From an uncultured cyanobacterium (GTDB taxonomy: Bacteria; Cyanobacteriota; Cyanobacteriia; Cyanobacteriales; CAWCAG01), in the NCBI GenBank assembly GCA_963793425.1, contig CAWCAG010000005.1, forward strand, positions 704,001 through 768,000: a stretch of 64,000 nt of DNA. Direction: 5' to 3'. The notes under the pieces were generated by a model that did no database searches, was not told the origin of the DNA, and was given only the letters and a program-made list of their open reading frames with translations. Position numbers and translations under genes: made by a program. How positions within the stretch are numbered: the first letter of the stretch is position 1; each line of letters starts with the position of its first letter. Below are positions 41,684 to 51,639 of the stretch, piece after piece.

Positions 41684-42166
41684 GTGACTTTAAAAAAATG
41701 TGCTATTGCTCTTGGTAGCAATTTGGGTGATTCACCCACTATCTTAAACAATGCCTTACAAAGACTAAACCAAGTTCCTGATCTAACTCTCAAGGCTCAT
41801 TCTAACTGGTATTTAACCCCTGCGGTTGGTCCACCTCAACCTGATTATATTAACGGTTGTGCCTTACTAGAGGTACGGTTAACCCCCCAAGAACTGTTAG
41901 CAACTCTGTTAAGAATTGAAACAGAATTTGGTCGAGTACGTCGAGAGCATTGGGGGCCACGTTTCCTCGACTTGGATTTGCTCTTGTTTGAGGATTTAAT
42001 CCTAGTAACACCAAGGTTACAACTCCCTCACCCACACTTAAGACAAAGAGCTTTTGTTTTGCTCCCTTTAGCAGAAATTGCTCCTGATTGGGTAGATCCT
42101 GTATCGAAAAAAGCAATTAAGCAACTTCTCGAAGAGGTAGACTGTTCAGGAATTAAACTTTTGTAG
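41684..42166 (+). CDS. folK: 6-hydroxymethyl-7,8-dihydropterin pyrophosphokinase
   Basis: IALGSNLG, WGPRFLDLDLL and LPHP motifs. Confidence 0.95.
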   Translation: MTLKKCAIALGSNLGDSPTILNNALQRLNQVPDLTLKAHSNWYLTPAVGPPQPDYINGCALLEVRLTPQELLATLLRIETEFGRVRREHWGPRFLDLDLLLFEDLILVTPRLQLPHPHLRQRAFVLLPLAEIAPDWVDPVSKKAIKQLLEEVDCSGIKLL

Positions 42167-42202
42167 CAAACTAATTTAGTTAAAATTCTTAAGTATTAAA
42201 TT

Positions 42203-42760
42203 ATGCAAGGTTACGAACCTCCACAAATTCTTAAACGACGCTTATTCTATCAAGGTCGCAAATTTAGTTTTGATGTGAATCACCTACGCTTACCAAATGG
42301 TGCGAAAGGAGACTGGGAATGTATACGCCACCCTGGTGGTTCTTTAGCTGTACCTATTACTCCTGAAGGTAAATTGGTATTGGTTAAACAATATCGTTTT
42401 GCTCTCCAAGGGAGAATTTTAGAATTTCCTGCCGGTACAGTAGAACCAGAAGAAAGCCCAGAAGAAACTATTAAAAGAGAACTTGAAGAAGAAACAGGAT
42501 ATCGCGCTCAAAGTTGGCGTTCTTTAGGCAAATTTCCTCTCGCACCTGGTTATTCTGATGAGTATATTTATGCTCATCTTGCTTCAGATTTGGAGAAGCT
42601 AGAAAATCCCCCTCAGCAAGATGCAGATGAGGATATAGAAGTTGTTTTATTAACCCCTGAAGAATTAGAAAAAGCTATTTTAGCAGGGGAGTTTGTTGAT
42701 GCTAAATCTATTTGTGGCTTTTTTCTGGCTCGTCCTTTTTTATCAGAAGAAACAGATTAA
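42203..42760 (+). CDS. NUDIX hydrolase (ADP-ribose pyrophosphatase-like)
   Basis: Nudix box GTVEPEESPEETIKRELEEETG. Confidence 0.9.
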   Translation: MQGYEPPQILKRRLFYQGRKFSFDVNHLRLPNGAKGDWECIRHPGGSLAVPITPEGKLVLVKQYRFALQGRILEFPAGTVEPEESPEETIKRELEEETGYRAQSWRSLGKFPLAPGYSDEYIYAHLASDLEKLENPPQQDADEDIEVVLLTPEELEKAILAGEFVDAKSICGFFLARPFLSEETD

Positions 42761-42766
42761 CTTTAT

Positions 42767-43138
42767 TTACAGTTTAAGCTCAAGAGGTTGACAAAAATCC
42801 TCTACTCCTTGCTCAACTATATAAATAACCACAATAGCGGCTAAAACCGCCGGACAAACTTTTTGTTCAATTAAATGTTTGACCATCAAACTAACATTAT
42901 TATTGGTCAAATCTTCCCTAAATTCAGCTTGACAAATCACGGTACGATATCTTTTCGCTATCCCATCTAACCAATTAATGCGGTCAGGTTGCTGTCCTGC
43001 TTGAATCGCTAAAGCTAAGGCTGCATCTTCTAAGCTGCCTTCACAATCTTCTAACATATCCAAAGCAACTAAAGCTTCAGAATAAATTGCTAGTTGGTTA
43101 CGATATTGGCTAATTTCTTTAATGGTAAGAGTAATCAT
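42767..43138 (-). CDS. Hypothetical protein
   Basis: Intact 123-aa ORF filling the intergenic gap; LEDCEGSLEDAA motif. Confidence 0.7.
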   Translation of the reverse strand: MITLTIKEISQYRNQLAIYSEALVALDMLEDCEGSLEDAALALAIQAGQQPDRINWLDGIAKRYRTVICQAEFREDLTNNNVSLMVKHLIEQKVCPAVLAAIVVIYIVEQGVEDFCQPLELKL

Positions 43139-43191
43139 TCAAAGTTATAGTTTTAGAAGGAAAAGCACATAGCTAGTTTATTAAATAAATT

Positions 43192-43479
43192 ATGTCAGAA
43201 CCAATTACCCCACAAATCAGCGATCGCATTTGTAAGCATATGAACGAAGATCATGCTGAGGCAATAGTACTTTATGCTCAAGTGTTTGGCAGCAGCCCTG
43301 AAGCAGAAGCAGCAAAGCTTAAGGCTATTGACCCTCAAGGTATGGATATAATCACTGAAGTTAAAGGGGAGTCTGTACCTGTACGAGTAAGTTTTGCTAC
43401 CCCTCTTAAGGATGCAGAAGATGCCCACCATACTTTAATCGAAATGGTGAAACAAGCTAGGAAAGTGGCTAGTAGCTAA
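43192..43479 (+). CDS. DUF2470 domain protein
   Basis: RICKHMNEDH and IDPQGMD motifs. Confidence 0.85.
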   Translation: MSEPITPQISDRICKHMNEDHAEAIVLYAQVFGSSPEAEAAKLKAIDPQGMDIITEVKGESVPVRVSFATPLKDAEDAHHTLIEMVKQARKVASS

Positions 43480-43506
43480 TAGCTAGTGACCTAGTGTGTG
43501 ACTATC

Positions 43507-43601
43507 TTGGGTTGCCCGCCCTACATTTAAGCCCCGTAAAGGGCGACCCAATTAGTTTGGTTTGTAGGTAACTAAAATAACGGAGATGGGTCGCCCCTAC
43601 G
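43507..43601. repeat. REP-like cluster (GTAG family)
   Basis: GGGCGACCCA...TGGGTCGCCCCTACG inverted arms plus an extra TGGGTTGCCCGCCCTAC half. Confidence 0.7.
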
Positions 43602-43643
43602 TGATGATATTTCTTCCGAAGAAATATCAAAAGCCTAACTCCT

Positions 43644-43765
43644 GGATACATCTTGTATTTGTCAAAACATGAGAAAGAAAAGATGCTATTTTTTTGCTTT
43701 GTCAAGGAAACTTCAGCTTCTATTTTTCCTGATTTCGGTATTTTCGCAAAACGTGAGATGCTCCC
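43644..43765. mobile_element. Degenerate MITE-like element
   Basis: Right end TTTTCGCAAAACGTGAGATGCTCCC; degenerate left counterpart GGATACATCTTGTATTTGTCAAAA. Confidence 0.45.
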
Positions 43766-43886
43766 TGCCTGTTTCCTAAATTAGCGTAATTCAGCAATAA
43801 CGAATAATTATTCCAGATTTCAGATTACTTCTCAGAATAAAGTAAAGACGTACTGGCGTGCGTCAGTCCTTATTTGTTGAGGAGTA

Positions 43887-45212
43887 ATGGAAAGACTACA
43901 CCAGCCAGGAGATATTATTGCTGATCGCTACCGCATTGTTGCTTTTTTGGGCAAAGGTACTTTCAGCAATACCTACGAAGCAGAAGACTTAACTAATCAT
44001 AAATGCGTTGCTCTCAAAGCTGTCTCCTTAACTCAGATGGCAGAGTGGCAGGTTTTAGATTTATTACAGCGAGAGGCAAAAGTTTTAGGAAATCTCCATC
44101 ATCCGGCTATCCCTAGCTACCTAAACTATTTTACTTTAAATTTGCCTGAAGATCGCTGTTTTTATTTGGTTCAGGAGTTGGTTAATGGGGAATCTCTTGC
44201 TAGTTTGGTTAATCAAGGTTGGCGGGCTGATGAAGAAGAAGTTAAAAGTATCGCCATCCAAATTTTGGAGATTCTCGACTATCTTCACAACCTTACTCCT
44301 CCGGTAATTCATCGCGATATTAAACCACAAAATATTGTTCGCCGCCGGGATGGTAAAGTGTTTCTCGTCGATTTTGGAGCGGTACAAGATGTTTATCGCA
44401 ATACTTCAAGTTGTGGGGGAACATTCGCTGGTACATTGGGTTATATGCCCCCAGAACAGTTCCGAGGTCAAGTTGGGGCAGCTTCTGATTTGTATGGCGT
44501 TGGGGCAACTTTATTATTCTTACTAACTGGGCGATCGCCTGATGATTTTCCTCAACACCGCCTTAAAGTAGATTTTCGCCGTTGGGTTAAGGGTTCTTGG
44601 GAATTTATTAATTGGTTAGAAAAGCTTCTTGAACCTGCTATTGAAAATCGCTTTACCTCTGCAAAAGAAGCTTTAGAAAGTTTAGTAAAGTTACGCTTTA
44701 TACCTCGTGGTTCAGCTTTGAGTTGCAGCAAACCATTAGGTACAAAAATAGTTTTAACCAAGACTAATCGCAGAATAACTATTAAGCTTCCCCCTCCACA
44801 AGGTTGGTTATTCTGGTTTGGCTTATTTTGGAATCTATCTATTGTTTTATTAATTGCCGGAAGTTTGCTAGGGGGTTGGTTAGCTTTTTCTCTAACCTTC
44901 ATTTTACTGATTCCTTGGTTGATAGTTGGTTGGTTAACTTTACAAACTGCTCTTTCAACAACTTATTTAGAAATTGACAAACAAAATTTTGTTTTGCAAT
45001 GGCAAATTGGTAAATTCATACCTCGTTATATTCAAGGAAAAACAGCAGATATTGAGCAAATAGAACTGGAATTTAAAAGAAGCAAAGCAAGTCGTATAGC
45101 AACTTCTTGCCTGCTGTGGCAAGGAGTAAGGAAGCATCGTTTTGGTTCGCAATTGCGCGAAGAGAATGAATGGTTGGTAGCAGAGTTAAAGAGTTTTTTA
45201 GGTGATAGGTAA
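43887..45212 (+). CDS. Hanks-type Ser/Thr protein kinase with C-terminal TM hairpin
   Basis: LGKGTF, ALK, HRDIKPQN, DFG and GYMPPEQ motifs; two TM helices. Confidence 0.93.
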   Translation: MERLHQPGDIIADRYRIVAFLGKGTFSNTYEAEDLTNHKCVALKAVSLTQMAEWQVLDLLQREAKVLGNLHHPAIPSYLNYFTLNLPEDRCFYLVQELVNGESLASLVNQGWRADEEEVKSIAIQILEILDYLHNLTPPVIHRDIKPQNIVRRRDGKVFLVDFGAVQDVYRNTSSCGGTFAGTLGYMPPEQFRGQVGAASDLYGVGATLLFLLTGRSPDDFPQHRLKVDFRRWVKGSWEFINWLEKLLEPAIENRFTSAKEALESLVKLRFIPRGSALSCSKPLGTKIVLTKTNRRITIKLPPPQGWLFWFGLFWNLSIVLLIAGSLLGGWLAFSLTFILLIPWLIVGWLTLQTALSTTYLEIDKQNFVLQWQIGKFIPRYIQGKTADIEQIELEFKRSKASRIATSCLLWQGVRKHRFGSQLREENEWLVAELKSFLGDR

Positions 45213-45213
45213 T

Positions 45214-46578
45214 ATGGGATTATTACAAGCAAGAGAATTTTTAATTCGTGACCGTTATCGATGTAAAAAAGTTTTAGGCAAAAGCAATTTTAATATCACC
45301 TACGAAGCAGAAGATACGATTAATAGTCAATCTGTAGTTATTAAAGCTTTGTCTTTTGCGAGTCTCAAAGATTGGAAAATACTAGAACTATTTGAAAGAG
45401 AAGCTAAAATACTTGCTTCCCTCAATCATTCTGGCATTCCTAAATATTTTGATCACTTTTTTGAAGATAGTGACACAGACCACACTTTTTATTTAGTGCA
45501 AGAATTGATTCCCGGACAATCCTTAGCTAATTTAATTACTCAAGGATGGCATGGAAACGAAATAGAAATCAAAGCTATTACTCAACAAATACTTGAAATT
45601 TTACAATACCTACAAAGTTATCAAATAGCTGTAATTCATCGGGACATCAAACCGGATAATATTATTCGTCGCGACGATGGCAAAATTTTCTTGGTTGATT
45701 TTGGGGCCGTGAAAGAACGATATCGTAGCTCATTAAACCGAGATAATACCTTCGTTGGAACCTTCGGTTATATGTCCCCAGAACAAGCCCAAGGAAAAGC
45801 TTACTTCGCTTCTGATTTATATAGCTTAGGGGCAACCACTCTTTTTCTTCTAACCCATCGTTCTCCTGATGAGTTGCCCCAGGAAAAAATGAGAGTGAAC
45901 TTCCGTTCTCAAGTAAACATTTCTGAAGTATTTGCTAATTGGTTAGAGAAAATGCTCGAACCAATTGTAGAAGAAAGATTCAAATCGGCAAAGGAGGCAC
46001 TTAAATGTTTACAGAATAATCAAGAAAGTACCAGTATCTTGCCCCTGACTCGCCCTCAGCCCAAGAATAGCCGCATTAAGTTAGTGAAAACTAATCAATG
46101 TTTAAAAATTACTATTCCTCCTGCTGGATTACAGAGAAGAAGCTTAAAAATACTTTTATTAGCATTGAGTACTAATGCTTTTACTCTTTTAAGCACTTGG
46201 GCTACTGTTCACTGGCAACTACCGATTCTTCTCTATTTGTTCTTGCTTCCTTTTTGGCTTATTTCTCTAGCTTCTTTGAGTATATTAACCTTCGCGATCG
46301 CTACTTCTAGTTATCTAAAAATTGAGCCAAAAAGATTTCGTTTAGGTTGGCATTGCTTAGGGTTTAATTACTATTTTCAAGGAAAAACAGCTAATATAAA
46401 AAATGCCTCTCTAGAAATAAAAACTAATCCTCACCAAAAGAAAAGCATCTACGCGGTTATTCAAGAAGATTGCCAAAAACATAAATTTTGCTGGGGAACT
46501 ACAGTTATTGAGAAAACTTGGTTGGTAGCAGAAATTAAGGACTTTCTAGAAAAAAGAAAGCCTCTAACCAAGAAATAA
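45214..46578 (+). CDS. Hanks-type Ser/Thr protein kinase, tandem paralog
   Basis: VIK, HRDIKPDN, DFG and GYMSPEQ motifs; ATG lies 1 nt after the upstream stop. Confidence 0.92.
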   Translation: MGLLQAREFLIRDRYRCKKVLGKSNFNITYEAEDTINSQSVVIKALSFASLKDWKILELFEREAKILASLNHSGIPKYFDHFFEDSDTDHTFYLVQELIPGQSLANLITQGWHGNEIEIKAITQQILEILQYLQSYQIAVIHRDIKPDNIIRRDDGKIFLVDFGAVKERYRSSLNRDNTFVGTFGYMSPEQAQGKAYFASDLYSLGATTLFLLTHRSPDELPQEKMRVNFRSQVNISEVFANWLEKMLEPIVEERFKSAKEALKCLQNNQESTSILPLTRPQPKNSRIKLVKTNQCLKITIPPAGLQRRSLKILLLALSTNAFTLLSTWATVHWQLPILLYLFLLPFWLISLASLSILTFAIATSSYLKIEPKRFRLGWHCLGFNYYFQGKTANIKNASLEIKTNPHQKKSIYAVIQEDCQKHKFCWGTTVIEKTWLVAEIKDFLEKRKPLTKK

Positions 46579-46603
46579 AGCTAATCAAATTTAACCTATC
46601 AAA

Positions 46604-47308
46604 ATGAATCAACCTCTCTATATTGCCATTGCCAATGAGTTAAGAAGAAGGATTAATCACCGAACTTATGCAATTGGTCAAAAATTACCCACAGAAACTC
46701 AACTTGCAGAATATTTTCAGGTTAACCGCCATACCATTAGAAAAGCAGTTAGTCTCTTAAAAAGAGAAGGATTATTACGAGTAGGACAAGGTCGAGGAAC
46801 TTTTGTTGCCGGTAGTCCGATTAATTACCCTCTAATTGAGCTAAATGATGAAACAAAAGCTTTAGAAAATCAAGGCAGACAAAGTAGTTTTAACTTGTTA
46901 CAAGCAATTACAACTACCGCCAATACAGCAGTAGCTGAAAGTTTAGGTTTATCCTTAGAAGAACCTATAGCTTTAATTGAATACGTAACTTTAGCCGATG
47001 GTCAACCTATTAGCGTTAGTAATAGTTATTTTTCTCTGCACCGCTTTCCTGATATTTTGCAACATTGCTATAAAACTCCTTCTATTTCCTTGCTATTACA
47101 GCAAGTTTATGAGTGCGATCGCTGCCATAAAACAACTTGGATTTCTACTAGTAAGGTCAAACCCCAAGATGCTAGATTATTAGAATTGCCCCTCACCTAT
47201 CCGATCTTAGTAACTAAATCAGTAAATGTAGACCAGCAAAACAGCGCAATTGAGTACCAAATAACCCGGTGGCGAGGGGATTTAGTAGAATTAGTCTTGT
47301 CTTATTAG
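46604..47308 (+). CDS. GntR/HutC-subfamily (PhnF-like) regulator with UTRA domain
   Basis: LPTETQLAEYFQVNRHTIRKA and QGRGTFV HTH motifs; C-terminal RWRGD. Confidence 0.88.
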   Translation: MNQPLYIAIANELRRRINHRTYAIGQKLPTETQLAEYFQVNRHTIRKAVSLLKREGLLRVGQGRGTFVAGSPINYPLIELNDETKALENQGRQSSFNLLQAITTTANTAVAESLGLSLEEPIALIEYVTLADGQPISVSNSYFSLHRFPDILQHCYKTPSISLLLQQVYECDRCHKTTWISTSKVKPQDARLLELPLTYPILVTKSVNVDQQNSAIEYQITRWRGDLVELVLSY

Positions 47309-47450
47309 GGGAAGTAATAAGTAATAAATAATAGTTCAATAATGGATAATTACTTCATTTAGAACACCAATTTTGTGTAAGTTAGATAAATAAGGAGTTG
47401 TATGTAAGGCAATAGTACTGGGAATGCAGATTAAACTCTGCATACTTTTT

Positions 47451-47831
47451 ATGCCGAGAAGAAAGAAAAAATTTCCTTGCGGCCATTTGGGATACGGTCA
47501 GATTTGTCACCGGTGCGCGCAAAAAAAGGCAAACCTGTCGCAAAAGCAACGGGAAAAACAGCGATGGGAAGAGACTTTCACCCATGATCCTATTGATTTA
47601 AGAACTTTACCTCGTAATGTAGTAATTAAGGCCAGAAAAATAATCACTGCTTTAAAAACCCATAAAGATTATCGCGACTTCCGAGGTAAGCGTTTGCGTC
47701 ATGATCGTTTTATTATTAGTATTCCTGTTACTCGTAGCTACCGCTTAATCTGTCGTGACTGTGGTAACGTCCTAACTCCAGAAGCTGTTGTTTCCCATGA
47801 AGAATATAATGTGCGGAAACCAGGAGGCTAA
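47451..47831 (+). CDS. Small basic protein with Cys/His Zn-binding N-terminus and RelE/ParE-like C-terminus
   Basis: CGHLGYGQICHRC; GKRL...ISIPVTRSYRLIC...SHEEYN pattern. Confidence 0.6.
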   Translation: MPRRKKKFPCGHLGYGQICHRCAQKKANLSQKQREKQRWEETFTHDPIDLRTLPRNVVIKARKIITALKTHKDYRDFRGKRLRHDRFIISIPVTRSYRLICRDCGNVLTPEAVVSHEEYNVRKPGG

Positions 47832-47836
47832 AGGTA

Positions 47837-47953
47837 ATACTAAATCTGTGTTGAGTGGCATGACTTATCTGTTGTGGAAGGGAGCAGGGAGTAGGGTCTG
47901 AGAACTTTAATTCCTTGATTTTATGAAGGTACTTTATGAGCAGGATTTAGTGT
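47837..47953. mobile_element. MITE-like element
   Basis: Terminal inverted repeats ATACTAAATC/GATTTAGTGT; interior resembles 10381-10485. Confidence 0.55.
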
Positions 47954-47984
47954 AATTTGGCAAAATTAGAGGCAAGAGACAACT

Positions 47985-48953
47985 TTACCAGTCACTAATA
48001 GCCACAGATAACTGAAACTTCTGATATTGCTGATAAATATAAACTTCATTATTACTACAATATTTAAGATAAATAATTTTCAATAAAAAGCTCCAAGCTG
48101 ATAGAGAAAAAATGGCCGGAGTAGCAATTTTAATAGCCGTTATTAAACATCTCTCTTTCAAACTTACTATAGCCCAATGTAAACAAAGATACTTCTTGAT
48201 ATCGACCAACTCTGGTAGATAGGGTCGATATTTAAGAGAAACACGAGTATAAATTCTGCTTTTGATTAAAAAATTTGTTTTCCAGCGTTTAACTAAAGAA
48301 AACTTTTGGTTGTAAGATGCTGACCAAAGAGTTCTATAAGCCAAATACTTGTTGAGTATTACTGCATTACCATATTGAGCAATTCTGAGCCAAGAGTCAA
48401 TATCATCACAATTACCATCTAAAGTAGAATCCCAACCTCCTGATTTAAAAAAAGCATTTCTTTGGAAAGCAACTTGTACAGGAGTACCAAAAGGAAGCAT
48501 CTCCATCAGCATGGCATAGTGAATATCTTCTTGGAGAATCCGAAAATCATCACACTTTCCCTTGGTAGGAGTGCGGCTTACTTCAGTTTCTTGCTTATCT
48601 ACTTGAACTGCTTGGCAAGAACAAATAACCGCTTTTGGATAGTTACCGAGGGCAGCCACCATTTTCTCAATACAATCAGGGGCTAAATAATCATCATCAT
48701 CTAAAAGTTTGATCCAATCTCCGGTTGCTACGCTAACTCCGGCATTCACAGTTTTAGAATGACCAAGATTTTCGACATTATGATAATAAACAACCTTATT
48801 GTTAAGACTTTTAATATATTCTGCTGTACCATCATCAGAACAATCATCCGCAACTACTACCTCACAAGAAACAGTTTGATTTAAAGCTGACTCTATAGCT
48901 CTTTTTAAGAGAGATAAACGATTGTAGGTAGTGATAACAATACTGAAGTTCAT
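47985..48953 (-). CDS. Glycosyltransferase family 2
   Basis: SIVITTYNR, VVADDCSDD and LLDDDD motifs. Confidence 0.92.
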   Translation of the reverse strand: MNFSIVITTYNRLSLLKRAIESALNQTVSCEVVVADDCSDDGTAEYIKSLNNKVVYYHNVENLGHSKTVNAGVSVATGDWIKLLDDDDYLAPDCIEKMVAALGNYPKAVICSCQAVQVDKQETEVSRTPTKGKCDDFRILQEDIHYAMLMEMLPFGTPVQVAFQRNAFFKSGGWDSTLDGNCDDIDSWLRIAQYGNAVILNKYLAYRTLWSASYNQKFSLVKRWKTNFLIKSRIYTRVSLKYRPYLPELVDIKKYLCLHWAIVSLKERCLITAIKIATPAIFSLSAWSFLLKIIYLKYCSNNEVYIYQQYQKFQLSVAISDW

Positions 48954-49059
48954 AGATTGTAGATTTGCTTATATACACTTCAATTTTCCTCAATCTATGT
49001 TAGAGATGATGTTCGCGATCGCGTATAAGTTTTTGCTCCCTTCCTTCCTACAGCTACAT

Positions 49060-49923
49060 TTAAGAAATATTAATTTGGGAGCGAAATTCTGCTACACCTT
49101 TAATACCCAAATTGAGGTGAAAAACAGCCCCTGCCCCTTCTCCTTCTTTTGCTCGATTATCTCCTCCTGCGGTGGTAACGTATATATCTGTATAATTTAG
49201 ACCACCAAAAGTTACACAAGAAACTTTCTTCGCCGGAAACTCAATGCGTAACACTTCTTTTCCTTCCGGACTATAACGAAATAAATGTTCTCCATTCCAA
49301 CGTGCTGACCAAATATAGCCCTGGGCATCTACTGTTAAACCATCGGGTACACCCTGATCTGGAGGGATATTAATATGAACCCTGGGATTACACAAAGTTC
49401 CTGCCACTGGTTCCCAATCCCACAAAGATATTTTCCCTTCTCCAGAATCAGTATGATAAATATTTTTGCGGTTTGGGGTGAAGCCCATACCATTAGAAAG
49501 CCCAATACCATCAACTACTTTATTAATAGTGCCATCAAGATCGAGGCGATATAAGCTAGCTAAATGTTGCTTCGTTGGCATTGTGCCACAAAAAACTCGT
49601 CCGGCGGGGTCGGCGATCGCATCATTAAAACGTCCTTGCTCTTCCCCTGGCAATTCTTTAATTAAAGAAGTAATCTCACCCTCTTGCCACCGTTCAATTG
49701 CGCCACGGGCTTTAAATAGAAGCAGAGAACCATCTTTTTGTAAAGTAATTGCCCCCACCGCTTCCCCTTGGTAAATTTGTTCACTTTCCTGGGTTTGGGG
49801 GTAGTAGCGAAACATCTTTCCTTGGGGAATATCACTCCAATAAAGACATTGTTCATCAGGATGCCAAAGAGGAACTTCGGCATTATGACATTGGTGATCG
49901 GCAACTATTTTCGGTTGATTCAT
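49060..49923 (-). CDS. SMP-30/gluconolactonase family protein
   Basis: AEVPLW, RFND, SNGMGF and PDGLTVD motifs. Confidence 0.92.
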   Translation of the reverse strand: MNQPKIVADHQCHNAEVPLWHPDEQCLYWSDIPQGKMFRYYPQTQESEQIYQGEAVGAITLQKDGSLLLFKARGAIERWQEGEITSLIKELPGEEQGRFNDAIADPAGRVFCGTMPTKQHLASLYRLDLDGTINKVVDGIGLSNGMGFTPNRKNIYHTDSGEGKISLWDWEPVAGTLCNPRVHINIPPDQGVPDGLTVDAQGYIWSARWNGEHLFRYSPEGKEVLRIEFPAKKVSCVTFGGLNYTDIYVTTAGGDNRAKEGEGAGAVFHLNLGIKGVAEFRSQINIS

Positions 49924-50891
49924 TGGCTCATTGCTAACATTCTCTCAATAGGTTTTCTGGCTGCAATGATCGTATCTTCGGGCAAAACGATTTCTGGCTG
50001 GCGATTCTTCATAGCTAAATACAATTTTTCCAAAGTATTAAGGCGCATATGAGGACATTCATTGCAGTTACAATTACTAGTAGAAGGAGCAGGAATAAAG
50101 TGTTTCTGGGGTGCTTCTTTCTGCATTTGGTGAATGATACCTGGTTCCGTAGCCACCACAAATTCTTTACTGCTACTTTGTTGAGAATATTTTAACAGAG
50201 CAGTGGTTGAACCCACATAATTAGCATGACGCAAGACAGGAGCTTCGCATTCTGGATGAGCAATAATTTCTGCTTCTGGATGAGCCATCTTCAGTTGCAC
50301 GATTTTCTTTTCTGAAAAGGTTTCGTGAACAATACAACTACCTTGCCACAAAACCAAATCTCGCCCGGTTTTCTCCATCACATAGCGTCCTAAATTACGG
50401 TCAGGGGCAAAGATAATTGCTTGTTCTAAAGGAATTTGTTCAATTATCTGTACGGCATTAGAACTAGTGCAAATAATATCACTCATCGCTTTTATTTCCG
50501 CTGTGCAGTTAATGTAAGACACAACTAAATGGTTGGGATGCGCTGCTTTAAAGGCAGCAAACTCTTGAGGAGGACAGCTATCTGCCAAAGAGCAACCTGC
50601 CTCTAAATCTGGTAAGAGGACAAGTTTATCAGGATTAAGAATCTTAGCTGTCTCCGCCATAAAATGAACCCCAGCAAAAACAATCACCTCCGCTTCTGTA
50701 GCTGCAGCTTGGCGAGAAAGCCCTAAAGAGTCGCCGATATAGTCAGCGATATCCTGAATATCTGGATCTTGATAATAATGAGCTAAAACCACAGCTTTCA
50801 ATTCTCGCTTCAAAGCTTCAATAGCTGCGAATAAGTCGTTAGGTAAGGAATGAAGATTTTTGTTTGGTGAAGATAAGGTTGTCGCAAACAT
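49920..50891 (-). CDS. nadA: Quinolinate synthase
   Basis: [24 protein letters not shown] and CPHM motifs; ATG at 50891 preferred. Confidence 0.96.
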   Translation of the reverse strand: MFATTLSSPNKNLHSLPNDLFAAIEALKRELKAVVLAHYYQDPDIQDIADYIGDSLGLSRQAAATEAEVIVFAGVHFMAETAKILNPDKLVLLPDLEAGCSLADSCPPQEFAAFKAAHPNHLVVSYINCTAEIKAMSDIICTSSNAVQIIEQIPLEQAIIFAPDRNLGRYVMEKTGRDLVLWQGSCIVHETFSEKKIVQLKMAHPEAEIIAHPECEAPVLRHANYVGSTTALLKYSQQSSSKEFVVATEPGIIHQMQKEAPQKHFIPAPSTSNCNCNECPHMRLNTLEKLYLAMKNRQPEIVLPEDTIIAARKPIERMLAMSQ

Positions 50892-50918
50892 AAAATTTGA
50901 TGTCACCCAAAATTACGA

Positions 50919-50980
50919 ATATGGAGAATTTTACTAATTATAGTAGAAGTCACCAAATATTATAGTTGAATTTACCAAAA
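50919..50980. promoter_or_regulatory. Tandem NrtR-like operator boxes upstream of nadA
   Basis: TTATAGT-N7-ACCAAA at 50938-50958 and 50960-50980 (GT-N7-AC core); weaker third copy at 50919-50939. Confidence 0.65.
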
Positions 50981-51096
50981 GTGTGGTTTTGCTAATGCCC
51001 TACATTTAATTTTAATTTTTGCAAAAAAAAAGATTGCTTTTACCTCCTTTTTCGCCTAAAATACTATTCGAGAAGAGTTTAAACCCCCATTTTCCC

Positions 51097-51578
51097 ATGG
51101 AATACATCAACACCTCCATTGCTGCACAAATGTTGAGAGTCTCTCAAAGAAGAGTTCTCTACTTACTCCAACAACAACGTATCAAAGGCGCTTATAAAAA
51201 GCGGACAGGTTGGGTGATACCTTTATATAAAGGCAAACCAAAGGTTTCTCGTGGCACTAGAGGGCCAAAACCTCGTTGGAGTACAACCAAGGGACGGGGG
51301 CAAGAATTATTTATGTCAACAAAAACCACATCACCACCAATGAGAAAAGGATTGCTCAGCATGGGGCTGAAGTACCTTTAAAAACAGTGGTAAGCGTTAG
51401 ACATGGTACAAATAAGACTGTTTTTGGTCACGAACTAGAAATATTTGGCTATTGTCAGATCGTTTACTGCCCGGAGCAACCCCAAGATTGTGGAGCGAGT
51501 TTATGGATAAAAACCTACTCAGATGTGAAGGTAGTAGATAAGTCCAATCCTGATGAATGGTCGTTTATTCGTTGTTAA
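51097..51578 (+). pseudogene. Frameshifted HTH DNA-binding protein
   Basis: N-half AAQMLRVSQRRVLYLLQQQRIKGAYK...RGPKPRW continues in the -1 frame as IIYVN...GHELEIFG...CGASLWIKT. Confidence 0.7.
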
Positions 51579-51639
51579 TTGCTAGTCGCTAATGGCTAAT
51601 AGTAATAGTTTTCTCCCCAGCACCCTAGCTCCCCAGCAC

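Noticed and set aside
43502..43705. 67-aa minus-strand ORF
   Set aside because: It overlaps REP and MITE-like repeats and has no protein-like features.
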